64,000 nucleotides of DNA from a virus, in IMG/VR virus record IMGVR_UViG_3300025133_000024. One strand, given 5' to 3'. Below the pieces are notes generated by a model, which ran no database searches, had not been told where the DNA came from, and saw nothing but the letters and a program-made list of their open reading frames with translations. The position numbers were made by a program, and so were the translations under genes. Each line of letters starts with the position of its first letter. Position 1 is the stretch's first letter. This document shows, one piece after another, positions 63,963-64,000 of this stretch.

Positions 63963-64000
63963 TTTTTACTTTTTAAACTCCTTAGTACTTCTTCTTTGAT
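63959..64000 (-). CDS. 3' end of an upstream gene cut by the window edge
   Basis: Reads IKEEVLRSLKSKK* with TGA overlapping the next ATG. Confidence 0.5.
   Translation of the reverse strand: MKEEVLRSLKSKK

Noticed and set aside
2695-63976. All plus-strand ORFs in the track (e.g. 13628..14143, 62350..62868, 3244..3750)
   Set aside because: They are antisense to long, motif-bearing minus-strand genes, have Phe/Leu/Ser-biased shadow composition and lack SD or family motifs.
1-64000. Alternative genetic code (TAG/TGA recoding seen in some large phages)
   Set aside because: Core genes (capsid, sheath, portal, terminase) are full length in code 11, and TAA, TGA and TAG all end genes at tightly coupled junctions.
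1-64000. Diversity-generating retroelement, group I/II intron, integrase or transposase
   Set aside because: No reverse transcriptase, recombinase or transposase motifs, and no interrupted genes other than the portal intein. The 25270/26020 repeat pair is not adenine-specific in its differences as a DGR TR/VR pair would be.

Overview
This is a 64-kb, AT-rich (roughly 30% GC by eye) slice of a large T4-superfamily-like myovirus (jumbo-type phage). Essentially every credible gene is on the minus strand. Read in the direction of transcription (64000 to 1), it contains: baseplate/tail structural genes; an early replication/recombination operon (RuvC-like resolvase, primase, fused Mre11-Rad50); a lysis cassette; terminase; a portal with an HNH-containing intein; prohead protease; ribosomal protein bS21; scaffold; major capsid; a Hef-like homing endonuclease; neck, sheath, tube, tail chaperone with a probable frameshift, tape measure and baseplate hub; then a second early block (short family-A DNA polymerase, an array of about 70-aa microproteins, tubulin-like protein, SSB, three tRNAs, UvsX/RecA). 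Two promoter classes are visible: sigma70-consensus TTGACA-17-TAxxxT in front of early blocks, and CTATTTA in front of structural operons. The most notable candidates are: (1) a family of proteins carrying a shared (I/L)IKEE..LxE helix that includes a protein kinase, a GNAT acetyltransferase and an ADP-ribosyltransferase, possibly a head-packaged host-modification arsenal; (2) about 15 paralogous KxGD microproteins, many of whose C-termini encode the next gene's Shine-Dalgarno and start codon; (3) a +1/-2 frameshift site in the tail chaperone; (4) bS21 in a phage with canonical SD and sigma70 signals. All product calls come from motif recognition by eye; no database searches were run.
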